Below, piece by piece: positions 39,822-49,626 of a stretch of DNA of 64,000 bases (its first letter is position 1; each line of letters opens with the position of its first letter). The DNA is from an uncultured Anaerolineales bacterium. Its GTDB lineage: Bacteria; Chloroflexota; Anaerolineae; B4-G1; SLSP01. Under the pieces are notes generated by a model that was not told the origin of the DNA, made no database searches, and saw only the letters and a program-made list of their open reading frames with translations. The position numbers were made by a program, and so were the translations under genes. The DNA is taken from NCBI GenBank assembly GCA_964501335.1, contig CAZCTC010000010.1:1-64000 (forward strand), in the 5' to 3' direction.

Positions 39822-40949
39822 ATGTACCAGTGTGTTTTTATTATGGAACAGGTTTTAGGTCACATTGCTTATGGGAATAATTTAAAGCGGCAAATAGCAT
39901 CGTCACAGGATATCGATCCTCATTGGTTACCGGTTGCTTTTCCGGTCTCCGGGGTTGCGGCTCATCTACCGGGATATGGCAGTAACTGGACGGTGCGTGC
40001 GGGTTTTCGCACGCGGCAGTCTCTGGCGAAAGTGCGAACCCAGACAAACCCTGATGTTCTCTTTTTCCATACTCAAGTAACGGGGGTTTTGGCTCAAGAT
40101 TGGGTGGAGCGATATCCCAGTGTGGTTTCGCTGGATGCCACACCCATTCTTTACGATACGTTGGGGGATTTATATCATCATTATCGGGGACCTCGCGTTA
40201 TCGAGCAATGGAAGCAATGGATGAATGCCCGGCTTTTCCATAAGGCGCAGGCTTTAGTGACCTGGTCGGATTGGGCGCGGAACAGTTTGATTGCGGACTA
40301 TCAGGTGTCGGAAGAGAAGGTGACCGTGATTCGGCCCGGGATCGATTTGACTTTATGGCAGCCGGACCGCCGGATTTTATCACAACAAAACCGGGTGCGG
40401 ATTTTGTTTGTGGGGGGGGACCTTTTACGTAAAGGCGGTGCCGTTTTGTTGGAGGCTTTTCGTGCCTTGCGCCAACGGCTGGCGCGCCTGGGGCAGGAAG
40501 ATAATTTGGAATTGCATATGGTGACTAAAACTCAGATCAAAGCTGAACCTGGGGTTTTCATCTATTCGGATTTAGGACCGAATGATCCTCGTTTGATTAA
40601 TTTGTATCATACCTGTGATCTGTTTGTTTTACCGACCTTTGGAGATTGTCTGGGGGTGGCGTTATTGGAAGCTGCTGCGGCCGGATTGCCGGTGATCACG
40701 ACGCGGGTAGGGGCCATTCCGGAGATTGTTATTTCCGGCGAGACTGGCATCCTTATTCCTCCGGGTGATCTGGCTGCTTTAACGGCGGCTTTAGTTCATC
40801 TGGTAGAAGAGCCTGCGTTGCGGTTACGGATGGGAATTCAGGCTTTGGAACTGGCGCGGCAGGAGTTTGATGGGCAGCAAACGACGGTTCAGCTTTTGAC
40901 TTTGTTGCGAGCTGTGGCGGATCAGAATCGAGGTGGGGTTCATGGCTGA
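39822..40949 (+). CDS. Glycosyltransferase family 4 (GT-B)
   Basis: C-terminal GT4 signature GETGILIPPGD..L. Confidence 0.8.
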   Translation: MYQCVFIMEQVLGHIAYGNNLKRQIASSQDIDPHWLPVAFPVSGVAAHLPGYGSNWTVRAGFRTRQSLAKVRTQTNPDVLFFHTQVTGVLAQDWVERYPSVVSLDATPILYDTLGDLYHHYRGPRVIEQWKQWMNARLFHKAQALVTWSDWARNSLIADYQVSEEKVTVIRPGIDLTLWQPDRRILSQQNRVRILFVGGDLLRKGGAVLLEAFRALRQRLARLGQEDNLELHMVTKTQIKAEPGVFIYSDLGPNDPRLINLYHTCDLFVLPTFGDCLGVALLEAAAAGLPVITTRVGAIPEIVISGETGILIPPGDLAALTAALVHLVEEPALRLRMGIQALELARQEFDGQQTTVQLLTLLRAVADQNRGGVHG

Positions 40950-42015
40950 CATATTGCTGACGGTATCGGGGGTGATTCCGCCGGATTTGGAAGCTCAGGT
41001 GGCCGCCGGGAGACGACCTCGTGCGGATTATCTGGAACTGGCCCGGGCTCTCAAGGCGGATCTGTTAGATTATGGGCAGATGCGAGCCGCAGGAAAGCTG
41101 GTACGCTGGCTGGAACATTGGGGGGGGGCTGACCTGGCGCTGGCCTGGGTTTGTTTTCAGCGTCGGCATCATTATCGGTTGATTTTAACGGATGGGGAAC
41201 AGATTGGAATCCCGCTGGCCTTTTTTTTGAATGGACTGAGAAGACGCGCTCTGCACCATATCATGATTTCACATCGCCTGTCGATCCCGAAGAAGATGTT
41301 TTTTTTCGACAGATTTCAAATTCAACGGGTTATCGATCGTTTTATAGTCTATTCCACCTGGCAAAAGAGGTTTATTGAAGCACGGTGGGGGCTGCCGGCG
41401 GAGCGGGTTTTTTGGACTCCTTTTCAGGTGGATGGAAGTTTCTTTTCTCCAGGGAATATTTCCCGGCAGCCGGGGCCGATGATTGGAGCTGCGGGGCTGG
41501 AATATCGGGATTATCCTACCTTGCTGGCCGCGCTTGAACCTTTACAGGTGCCGACCACCATTGCCGCGGCCAGTCCCTGGTCTAAACGGCTCAGCTCTCT
41601 GGATTCGCGGTCGGTTCCGGATTGGGTCACGGTGTGCCGGCTTGACCTCCATGAATTACGTGAACTGTATGCGCGAGTGCGGTTTGTGGTGTTGCCGCTC
41701 TACGAGGTTTCCTTTCAGGCCGGCGTAACGACTTTGTTGGAGGCGATGGCGATGGGGAAAGCCGTGATCGTTTCCCGCACTCAGGGGCAAACCGATGTGG
41801 TGGTGGATGGGGAGACTGGATTGTATGTGCCTCCAGGGGATGTTATGGCTTTGCGAAAAGCCATTGCTTATTTATGGGAACATCCCCAAGAGGCAATTCG
41901 GATGGGGGCGCGGGGCCGAAAGTTGATCGAAACTCAGATGGATCTGGATCATTATACGGCTCGTTTTAAAGGGCTTGTGGAACGGTGTCTGGACGATGGC
42001 GGAGCCGGACTTTGA
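40942..42015 (+). CDS. Glycosyltransferase family 4 (GT-B)
   Basis: VVDGETGLYVPPGDVMAL. Start overlaps the upstream gene. Confidence 0.75.
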   Translation: MADILLTVSGVIPPDLEAQVAAGRRPRADYLELARALKADLLDYGQMRAAGKLVRWLEHWGGADLALAWVCFQRRHHYRLILTDGEQIGIPLAFFLNGLRRRALHHIMISHRLSIPKKMFFFDRFQIQRVIDRFIVYSTWQKRFIEARWGLPAERVFWTPFQVDGSFFSPGNISRQPGPMIGAAGLEYRDYPTLLAALEPLQVPTTIAAASPWSKRLSSLDSRSVPDWVTVCRLDLHELRELYARVRFVVLPLYEVSFQAGVTTLLEAMAMGKAVIVSRTQGQTDVVVDGETGLYVPPGDVMALRKAIAYLWEHPQEAIRMGARGRKLIETQMDLDHYTARFKGLVERCLDDGGAGL

Positions 42016-42064
42016 AAAAGTTGTTAGAGCTGTTTTTACAGCGGAAGATTGAGTTAAGAGGTGC

Positions 42065-43264
42065 ATGCCCGTGGAGATTTTATATGGGTTAATTTTGGGG
42101 TTTGAACTGGTGTTGTTGCTGCCTGTAGGGTATTTGCTGATTTTGATGCTGGCTGCTTTGTGGCCCCGAAAAGCGCTGCTTTATCCTGATAAACCTCACA
42201 CCCGTTTTGCCGTTTTGATTCCAGCCCACAATGAAGAACAATGGCTTCCGGATAATTTAGCGGCTTTGAAGGCCCAAAATTACCCTTCGACTCTTTATCG
42301 GGTGTATGTGATTGCCGATAACTGTTCCGATCATACCTTGGTTCTGGCCCGCAGTGCGGGAGTGACTGTCTATGAACGCCACAACACGGTCCAAATTGGC
42401 AAAGGCTATGCTTTAAATGCATTGATCGGCCATCTTGAGGCTGAGAAAAAACGTCAGGGGACCTTCGATGTTTTTGTGGTGGTCGATGCTGACACGGTCC
42501 TGGCCCCAGACTTTTTGCAGGTTATGGATGGTTATTTTCAGCAGGGCGCGCGCGTTGTTCAAGGCTATTACACAGTGCGGGATGTGGATAGTTCCTGGGT
42601 GGCGGCTTTGCGTTATATGGCTTTGGTAGTTTTGCATTATCTACGGCCTTTGGGGCGTAAGCGACTGGGGGGGTCTGCTGGATTGAAAGGGAATGGGATG
42701 GCCTTTACGGCGGATTTGATCCGGAAATTTTCCTGGAGCGGTTCGGTTACCGAAGACATTGAATATCACATGGCTTTGTTGCTGGCCGGCGAAAAGGTCT
42801 GGTTTGCTCCTGAGGCCCGATTGGAGGCGGTGATGCCCTCGACCTTGAAAGGGGCCCGGACCCAAAATGTGCGTTGGGAAGCCGGGCGGCTTCAAATGGC
42901 TGCGCAATATTTAAAACCTTTGCTGATCGAAGCACTTCGCCGGCCCCGGTTTGTTTTGTGGGATGCGATGATTGAGCATTTAATTCCACCTACATCCGTA
43001 TTGGTTTCTCTGATTTTGTTGGTTTGGGGAGGGGGGATCGTTGCGGGTTTGGTTAATCGAATGTGGCTGGCCGCCTGGCTGGGGGGCGGATTGTTTTTGG
43101 GGATTGTGATCTATCTGTTAGCCGGTTTGGTATTGGTTCGGGCGCCTTTTCAAGTGTGGAAGGCTTTGGCTTATGTGCCGTTCTTTCTGGTATGGAAGGT
43201 GGGGCTATATTTTCGAATCCTTTTTCGCCGAGAAAAACAGGGATGGGTTCGTACGGAGCGTTAA
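42065..43264 (+). CDS. Membrane-integrated GT2 glycosyltransferase (processive synthase-like)
   Basis: N-terminal TM, GT-A domain AVLIPAHNEE..VVVDADT, C-terminal TM bundle. Confidence 0.75.
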   Translation: MPVEILYGLILGFELVLLLPVGYLLILMLAALWPRKALLYPDKPHTRFAVLIPAHNEEQWLPDNLAALKAQNYPSTLYRVYVIADNCSDHTLVLARSAGVTVYERHNTVQIGKGYALNALIGHLEAEKKRQGTFDVFVVVDADTVLAPDFLQVMDGYFQQGARVVQGYYTVRDVDSSWVAALRYMALVVLHYLRPLGRKRLGGSAGLKGNGMAFTADLIRKFSWSGSVTEDIEYHMALLLAGEKVWFAPEARLEAVMPSTLKGARTQNVRWEAGRLQMAAQYLKPLLIEALRRPRFVLWDAMIEHLIPPTSVLVSLILLVWGGGIVAGLVNRMWLAAWLGGGLFLGIVIYLLAGLVLVRAPFQVWKALAYVPFFLVWKVGLYFRILFRREKQGWVRTER

Positions 43265-43266
43265 CA

Positions 43267-44010
43267 ATGGCTGAATTTAAAAATATTGAAGATTTGGTCC
43301 GTGTGGAACAGGTGGTGGAATTGTTTGCCCGGGGCGATTTTCCCAATAAAGGTTTTCTTCGATCCCTGGAGTTTGGGGGGCGATGGTTGATCTGGATCGG
43401 AGGAACCGAATTGCACCGCTTTTCCAAAAGGGCGCTGGATATCGTCGGAGCTTTGATCGCTTTGATTCTGGCGGCGCCCTTGATGGTGGTGACCGTGTTG
43501 CTGATCAAATTGGATTCTCCAGGGCCGATTCTCTTTTTTCAAACCCGGGTGGGACGGTGGGGACGGAAGTTTACCTGTTATAAATTCCGTTCCATGTATA
43601 TCGATGCTGAGAAAAGACTTCTCGATTTACATCAACTCAATGAAGCGGATGGTCCGATTTTTAAAATACGTCGGGACCCCCGGGTTACCCGGGTGGGGCG
43701 GGTGATCCGAAAACTGAGCATTGACGAATTGCCGCAGATTTTCAATGTTCTCAAAGGGGATATGTCTCTGGTCGGCCCCCGACCTCCGTTGCCCCGGGAG
43801 GTGGTTCGTTATACCCTGGAACATCGACGGCGCCTGGATGCGATTCCCGGTATTACCGGATTGCAGCAGATTTCCGGACGGAGCGATTTGCCTTTTGAAC
43901 GTTGGGTGGCTTTGGATGTGGAATACATCGAAAATCAGTCGTTTTGGTATGATCTGGAGATCCTTTTGAAAACAATTCCGACGGTATTGGGGGGCAAGGG
44001 CGCTTATTAA
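43267..44010 (+). CDS. Polyprenyl-phosphate sugar phosphotransferase (Bac_transf / WbaP-EpsL family)
   Basis: KRALDIVGALIAL..PGPILFFQTRVG..FKFRSM..DELPQ..MSLVGPRP..PGITGLQQ. Confidence 0.85.
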   Translation: MAEFKNIEDLVRVEQVVELFARGDFPNKGFLRSLEFGGRWLIWIGGTELHRFSKRALDIVGALIALILAAPLMVVTVLLIKLDSPGPILFFQTRVGRWGRKFTCYKFRSMYIDAEKRLLDLHQLNEADGPIFKIRRDPRVTRVGRVIRKLSIDELPQIFNVLKGDMSLVGPRPPLPREVVRYTLEHRRRLDAIPGITGLQQISGRSDLPFERWVALDVEYIENQSFWYDLEILLKTIPTVLGGKGAY

Positions 44011-44032
44011 GGGGAAAAGGCGGAGGTTCAGC

Positions 44033-45502
44033 ATGCGAAAATTGTTGGTAATTGCCGGGGTGCCGGTGGATGATTTGACGATGGAAGAGGTATTGGATCG
44101 CATTGAATCTTTTGTGGATTCGGGTTCTTTTCATCAGATAGCTACGGTCAATGCGGATTTTGTGGTACAGGCCTGGGATGATCCGGAGTTGCGCTACATT
44201 CTGCAGGTGGCGGATATATTGACGCCGGATGGAATGCCGTTGGTGTGGGGGGCGCGGTTGTTGGGCGTCCCGCTTTATGGACGTGTGACGGGAGCGGATC
44301 TGGTTCCTGCTTTATGTGAACGCGGGGCTCAAAGGGGGTGGCGATTTTATTTTTTAGGAGCCGGCCCGGGGGTGGCGGTGCGGGCGGCTCAGGTACTGAC
44401 AGCTCGTTATCCGGGATTGCAAATTGTAGGGATTGCTTCTCCGCCTAATTTGCCCGTTGTAGAGATGGATTTTTCGGTAGTGGAGCAGATCCGTGAGGTT
44501 CGGCCTGACCTTTTGTTGGTCGCTTTTGGCAATCCCAAACAGGAAAAATGGATCCATATGCATGGATTGGAGTTGGGGGTCAAAGTAGCGATTGGGGTCG
44601 GCGGGACATTTGATTTGATTGCGGGAAAATTACAGCGTGCTCCTCAGTGGATGCAAAAAGGCGGGTTGGAATGGTGTTATCGTTTGTTTCAAGAACCGCG
44701 GCGTTTATGGCGGCGGTATGTGCGGGACTTAATTCGTTTTTCGCGCTTCTTTGGCGAGCAATGGTGGGCTCAACAGCAGGGGCGCATTCCTTTAGGCGTT
44801 ATACCTCAAATTGAAGAGGCCGAATTGAACGATCCGGTTACCTTAAAAGGTCCGCTTGTAATTTCATTTAATGGTCCCTTGACGGTTGCCACGCGGGAGA
44901 CTTTAGTCAGTTGTGTGGAAGATGCTTTGTTGCGCAGTGCCAATCTGGTGTTGGATGCGAGCCGGTTACCTTTTGTCGACAGTGCCGGGTTGGGGACGCT
45001 GGTCGATTTGTCGCGCCGGGCCCGGGCGGCGGGAGGTGACTTGAAGCTGGCGGGGGCTTTACCGCAAGTGGTCCGGACTTTGGAGTTGACCCAACTGGAT
45101 CGGTTTTTGACATTGGTGCCTTCTCTTGAGGATGGATTGGCAACCCATCGAGATCCTTTACCCCTTTTATCCTTAACGCGTCAGGTAGGATGTTGGACGG
45201 TTCTGCCGCTTCCGGCGCGTTTGGACCTGCACACGATTCCTCAGGTGCGCTCTGAAGCTGAATCTGCGCTGGCTGCGGTTCCTACTCTGGTTTTAGATTT
45301 CGGTTCGACTCGTTTTCTGGACAGTGCCGGCATTGCGATTTTGCTTTCCTGGCATCGCCAGGCCCGACAGCAAGGCGGTGAAGTGCGATTGGCGGCTCTT
45401 TCCCGGGAGATCCGGCGCACCTTGGAGCTGGCAGGTGTTGAATCCATATTGTCCTTGTATTCCAGTGTTGAAGAAGCGCTGATGCAAGGGGTCAGCCGAT
45501 AG
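44033..45502 (+). CDS. WecB/TagA/CpsF (GT26) glycosyltransferase fused to two C-terminal STAS domains
   Basis: N-terminal 250 aa align to TagA/WecG (TPDGMPLVWGARLLG..FGNPKQEKWI..VGGTFDLIAG..RAPQWMQKGGLEWCYRL). It is followed by two STAS units, each with a DSAG(L/I) motif (VDSAGLGTLV; LDSAGIAILL). Confidence 0.75.
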   Translation: MRKLLVIAGVPVDDLTMEEVLDRIESFVDSGSFHQIATVNADFVVQAWDDPELRYILQVADILTPDGMPLVWGARLLGVPLYGRVTGADLVPALCERGAQRGWRFYFLGAGPGVAVRAAQVLTARYPGLQIVGIASPPNLPVVEMDFSVVEQIREVRPDLLLVAFGNPKQEKWIHMHGLELGVKVAIGVGGTFDLIAGKLQRAPQWMQKGGLEWCYRLFQEPRRLWRRYVRDLIRFSRFFGEQWWAQQQGRIPLGVIPQIEEAELNDPVTLKGPLVISFNGPLTVATRETLVSCVEDALLRSANLVLDASRLPFVDSAGLGTLVDLSRRARAAGGDLKLAGALPQVVRTLELTQLDRFLTLVPSLEDGLATHRDPLPLLSLTRQVGCWTVLPLPARLDLHTIPQVRSEAESALAAVPTLVLDFGSTRFLDSAGIAILLSWHRQARQQGGEVRLAALSREIRRTLELAGVESILSLYSSVEEALMQGVSR

Positions 45503-45549
45503 CAGGTCTGGTAGCGGCTGGCTGCCTTTTTCATGCAGGAGGTAAGCCC

Positions 45550-47214
45550 ATGAAGGCCATTATTCTGGCAGCCGGAATGGCATTGCGAGGTCCCCTGGGG
45601 CATTTTATTCCGGGTGTTTTGCTGCCATTAGGGAACAAACCTTTGTTGGAACATCTTTTGGAGACGCTGGCCCGCTCGGGATTTCGGGAAGTGGTAGTGA
45701 TTTTGCATGAGCTTCCCTATGAGGTGGAACGTTATTTTGGAGATGGGCAGCGCTGGGGATTGGAAATTGATTATCGTTTAGAGCAGCATCCCGATTCTCT
45801 ATCCCAATTACGTCGTTTTGCGCTTCAGGCTGAAGAACCTTTTTTGGTGTTGCCGGGAAATATTCTGGTTGATTTTGATTTACACCGTCTGATAACTTTT
45901 CATCAAGAATCCTCAGCGTTGATAACAATAGCTTTAGGATCGGGAACTGCTGAGGGGCAACGAATTCGGGTGGGGGCGCGTGGGCGGGTGATTGCGTTAC
46001 CGGAGAAAAATGGTCGGAAAGTTTCCTCTGATTATGTCGATAGCGGTATCTGGGTTTGTTCGCCTGCTATAGGGATAGAACTTTCTTCCATGGGACGGAC
46101 TTTAAAGACTCTGGATCAGGGGCGTGTTTTGAATGACTTGTTTGACAAGGGGGTCGTGATTTGTGGTTATCCCATGATGACGTCGGGGCAGACGATTCGT
46201 TGTGAAAATGATTGGTTAGTGGCGCAGCGGGCTTTATTAAAAGCTGAGGTTGGGCGATTGTCTCCTTCTGGAAAATTGCTCAAACCGGGGGTTTGGATAG
46301 GGCGGCATACGATAATTCATCCTAAAGCGCAATTGGTACCTCCCGTTGTGATCGGTGACTATGCTCGGATTGGGGCAGAGGCCTCTATTGGGCCTGAAAC
46401 GGTGTTGGGAACGCGCGTTTTTGTCGATAAGGGGGCGACGATTGCTCATACCATGGTCGCCGAAGGTACCTATATCGGTCGCTGGCTTAATCTGGAAAAT
46501 TGTTTGGTTTATCGCAATCTTCTGATCAAGGCGCCTACCGGGACGAGCCTTTTTGTTCCGGATTCATTTCTTTTAGATGCTACGGTGGTAGAAACCAGAG
46601 TTGAAATCTTGAGACGCTGGGGCGAACGATTGGGAGCCTTAATCTTGTTGGGGTTGAGTTTGCCGTTGTGGGGGCCGGCTTTAGGTCTGGCCTTTATCGG
46701 GGGATCGGGCCCTTTGATTGTAAGTGAAGTTCAGGCGGTAGCGGATTGGCAATCCCTTCATAAGGAAGGTCGGGTTGCCTGGCGGTTGGTGACGGTGCAT
46801 CGACTGCGTTTTGATCCGGACACCTGGGCTGGGAAATTGCTGCAATGTTTGGGATGGGCGGATTTACCCAAACTTATTGATGCTGTTTGTGGAAAGCTGG
46901 CTCTGGTGGGGGTCAGCCCATTGACTTCCGAACAGGTGGGGTATTTACAGGATGAGTGGCAACAGTTGCATTTTCGGGCTCCCACCGGGTTGACAGGTTT
47001 ATGGTATCTGAATGCGGATCAGGAAGAAAGTTCTCTGGATTTGGATATGCAGTTGATTGCCGACAGTTATTACGTGGCAACGCGGAACTGGATGGAGGAC
47101 TTGCGAATTTTGTTTCGTACGCTTCGGATTTGGGGGCGCCGTTTGCGCCGCTCGATTTCCAAACCCTGGGAGCGTAAGGTTCCGGCCCTGGCGAGGCAAT
47201 TTGAAGAAGATTAA
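45550..47214 (+). CDS. Tri-domain protein: sugar-phosphate nucleotidyltransferase plus left-handed beta-helix plus C-terminal Bac_transf phosphoglycosyl-transferase domain
   Basis: MKAIILAAG..LLPLGNKPLLEH (NTP_transferase). Hexapeptide repeats (IGDYARIGAEASIGPETVLGTRVFV). TM segment LGALILLGLSLPLWGPALGLAFIGG. Then LALVGVSPLT..GLTGLWYL..DLDMQLIADSYYV..DLRILFRT, matching the Bac_transf C-terminus. Confidence 0.7.
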   Translation: MKAIILAAGMALRGPLGHFIPGVLLPLGNKPLLEHLLETLARSGFREVVVILHELPYEVERYFGDGQRWGLEIDYRLEQHPDSLSQLRRFALQAEEPFLVLPGNILVDFDLHRLITFHQESSALITIALGSGTAEGQRIRVGARGRVIALPEKNGRKVSSDYVDSGIWVCSPAIGIELSSMGRTLKTLDQGRVLNDLFDKGVVICGYPMMTSGQTIRCENDWLVAQRALLKAEVGRLSPSGKLLKPGVWIGRHTIIHPKAQLVPPVVIGDYARIGAEASIGPETVLGTRVFVDKGATIAHTMVAEGTYIGRWLNLENCLVYRNLLIKAPTGTSLFVPDSFLLDATVVETRVEILRRWGERLGALILLGLSLPLWGPALGLAFIGGSGPLIVSEVQAVADWQSLHKEGRVAWRLVTVHRLRFDPDTWAGKLLQCLGWADLPKLIDAVCGKLALVGVSPLTSEQVGYLQDEWQQLHFRAPTGLTGLWYLNADQEESSLDLDMQLIADSYYVATRNWMEDLRILFRTLRIWGRRLRRSISKPWERKVPALARQFEED

Positions 47215-47232
47215 TCTTAACAGGAGGTTGCG

Positions 47233-47571
47233 ATGAAAGCGACGGTAGAGCAGATTGGGCGTTTGACGGTGGTCAGTTTGAATGGACGTTTTGACGCGCA
47301 TACGGCGGGGGTGGCTCGGGAAATTTTTGAACACAAGGTTTCTTGTTCTATGCCCGTTTTGATCGATATGAGTCGGGTGGTTTTTGTCGACAGCATGGGG
47401 CTTTCGGTACTGGTCAGCAGTTTGAAACATTCCCGGGAAGCCGGAGGGGAACTGGCCCTGGCGGGATTGCAACCCACAGTCCGTTTGATTTTTGAATTGA
47501 CGCGCCTGGATAAGGCCTTCCGGATCTATCATGATCGGGCTTCTGCGGAAGCCGAAATGGGTATTCTTTGA
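47233..47571 (+). CDS. STAS-domain anti-sigma-factor antagonist (SpoIIAA/RsbV-like)
   Basis: VFVDSMGLSVLV with conserved phosphorylatable Ser. 112 aa. RBS AGGAGG. Confidence 0.85.
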   Translation: MKATVEQIGRLTVVSLNGRFDAHTAGVAREIFEHKVSCSMPVLIDMSRVVFVDSMGLSVLVSSLKHSREAGGELALAGLQPTVRLIFELTRLDKAFRIYHDRASAEAEMGIL

Positions 47572-49109
47572 TGTGGGATTCTTTTTGCCGCGCCAATCGG
47601 GCCTTTTTGCGCCGATTGGCCGGAACCTGGGAAGCGCAGGGCTGGCAGGCCTATTTTCTGGCGGATCGGGATGGGCGATGGCTGTGGCCTCCGGTTCCTG
47701 TTGCCTTATCTCCCGAGGCCATTGTTCACGAGCTCCCGCCGGCAGGATGGGAGATTTTACCGCTTTGTGTGGCGGGGGGAGGATTTATCGGCTGTTCGCC
47801 GGTGACCTCTCATGGGGAGCTGGCGGCTCAGGCTTTGCTTTTGGAACAGCTTTTATCGCGGGAACTCGAACTTGAGGCGATGGCCGGGGAACTGGCCGAG
47901 GCTTACGATCAACTGGTGGCGATGTATCGGGTTTCTGAAGCAACGCGTTCTCAGTTGAGTTTGCATGACATTCTCAGCTCATTTGTGTTGATGGCTTTGA
48001 GATTGAGCGGGGCTGTTCACGGCTTTGCCGTGATCCTTTATGGACAGGAATTCCGTTGTATTATGAGTACGTTGCCTTCCGGTCCTGAGCCGGTGATGCC
48101 GCTGTTTCAGCAGGCCCGCCTTCAACGGCGTTCTATTTTAGGCAATGCTCCACGAGAATTACGGCAATGGGCTACCCGGCTTCCGGCATGGATTGAACGG
48201 GGGTTGATTATCCCTATTGCAGTGGAAGGGGAAATCGTTGCCGGTTTGGGACTCTTCAACAAGGCTACGGATTTCACTTCGGGGGATTTAAAACTTCTCG
48301 ATGCCCTGGCCAATGAGGTGGGGGTGATTGTGGAGCGGGCTCGTTGGCAGGCTCGCTTGTTGGTCCAGGAGCGGGTGCGGCGGGAATTGGAGATTGCGGC
48401 GGAAATCCAGGCTCGAATGTTGCCCCGTATTTTGCCTCAGGTGCCGGGGTTGGAAATTTCAGCCCATTGCCGGCCGGCCAATGAGGTCGGAGGTGATTTT
48501 TACGATTTTGTCCGCCATCCTGGCGGCGCCCTGGGGGTGGTGTTAGGAGATGTGACCGGCAAGGGCGTTCCGGCGGCGCTCTTTGTCACCGTGGCCCATA
48601 TTTTGTTGCATAGCGGCCTGACCTATACTCAAACGCCCTATGAGATGGTGTTGCGATTGAATTCGGATTTGTACGAAGAGCTTAACCAGGCGGGGATGTT
48701 TATTACGCTTTTCCTGGCTTATTATTATGCGGAAAGTCGGCGGTTGGTGATGGTCAATGCCGGACATGCGCCGGTGTTGCTTTATTCGGCGGCGCAGAAA
48801 CGTTGTAAGTTGTGCATTGCCGATGGCCCCCCTTTGGGTGTACTTCCTCAAATTTTAAGTTTTGAACAAACGGTGGTGTTGACGCCGGGGGACATTTTAG
48901 TGGTGTTGAGTGATGGGTTTAATGAAATGATGAATCCTCAAGGCGAGTTGTTTGGGATCGATCGGCTGATTGAGCTGGTAGAATCCAATGCCGATACGAC
49001 GGCGACCGATCTGCGGATGCGGCTCTTTAAAGCGGTTACGTCGTTTGCTCAGGAAACTCCTCAGGGTGATGATCTGACGCTCTGTATTCTCAAAGCGACT
49101 GCTGAATAA
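47571..49109 (+). CDS. GAF-domain PP2C (SpoIIE/RsbU-like) serine phosphatase
   Basis: C-terminal PP2C motifs GGDFYDF..GDVTGKGVPAAL..LSDGFNE..GDDLTL. An N-terminal GAF-like sensor region. ATG overlaps the STAS stop (TGATG). Confidence 0.8.
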   Translation: MWDSFCRANRAFLRRLAGTWEAQGWQAYFLADRDGRWLWPPVPVALSPEAIVHELPPAGWEILPLCVAGGGFIGCSPVTSHGELAAQALLLEQLLSRELELEAMAGELAEAYDQLVAMYRVSEATRSQLSLHDILSSFVLMALRLSGAVHGFAVILYGQEFRCIMSTLPSGPEPVMPLFQQARLQRRSILGNAPRELRQWATRLPAWIERGLIIPIAVEGEIVAGLGLFNKATDFTSGDLKLLDALANEVGVIVERARWQARLLVQERVRRELEIAAEIQARMLPRILPQVPGLEISAHCRPANEVGGDFYDFVRHPGGALGVVLGDVTGKGVPAALFVTVAHILLHSGLTYTQTPYEMVLRLNSDLYEELNQAGMFITLFLAYYYAESRRLVMVNAGHAPVLLYSAAQKRCKLCIADGPPLGVLPQILSFEQTVVLTPGDILVVLSDGFNEMMNPQGELFGIDRLIELVESNADTTATDLRMRLFKAVTSFAQETPQGDDLTLCILKATAE

Positions 49110-49149
49110 TTTTTGTTTATACCTTCTTCGAAAAGGAGATCCAACGGGA

Positions 49150-49626
49150 ATGATCATGAATGGTGATCCGGAATGCGTCTCTTTGCGGTTTCCCAGTCAC
49201 ACCCGGTATTTGGGGTTAGTGAGCGGCTGCGCGGCTGAAATTTGTCGAATGATGGGATCGGCTGGTAACGCTGCTCTGGTTTATGATGTGCAGTTGTCCA
49301 TTAATGAAGCTGTGGTCAATGCCATTCAACATGCCTATGCCGGCCGCAGTGATGGTTGGGTGGCTGTGGATTTTTCCCTTTATGCAGATCGTTTGGAAAT
49401 TTCGATTATCGATTGGGGGCAGGGGTTTGATTGGCAGGAGTTACCCGTTCCCGATCTTTCGCAACCTTTAGAACATGGATACGGTTTATATCTGGTATGC
49501 CGGGTGATGGATGAGGTGATCTATCATGCTGATCCTATTCAGGGTAACTGCCTGCATTTGATCAAACGTCTGCCCGGCCCGCTCAGGAAGGATGGTAGCG
49601 ATGGCAACGATTCTGGTGGTCGATGA
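49150..49626 (+). CDS. Anti-sigma regulatory factor, HATPase_c Ser/Thr kinase (RsbW/SpoIIAB-like)
   Basis: GHKL motifs NAIQHAY..DWGQGF..GYGLYL. Confidence 0.8.
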   Translation: MIMNGDPECVSLRFPSHTRYLGLVSGCAAEICRMMGSAGNAALVYDVQLSINEAVVNAIQHAYAGRSDGWVAVDFSLYADRLEISIIDWGQGFDWQELPVPDLSQPLEHGYGLYLVCRVMDEVIYHADPIQGNCLHLIKRLPGPLRKDGSDGNDSGGR

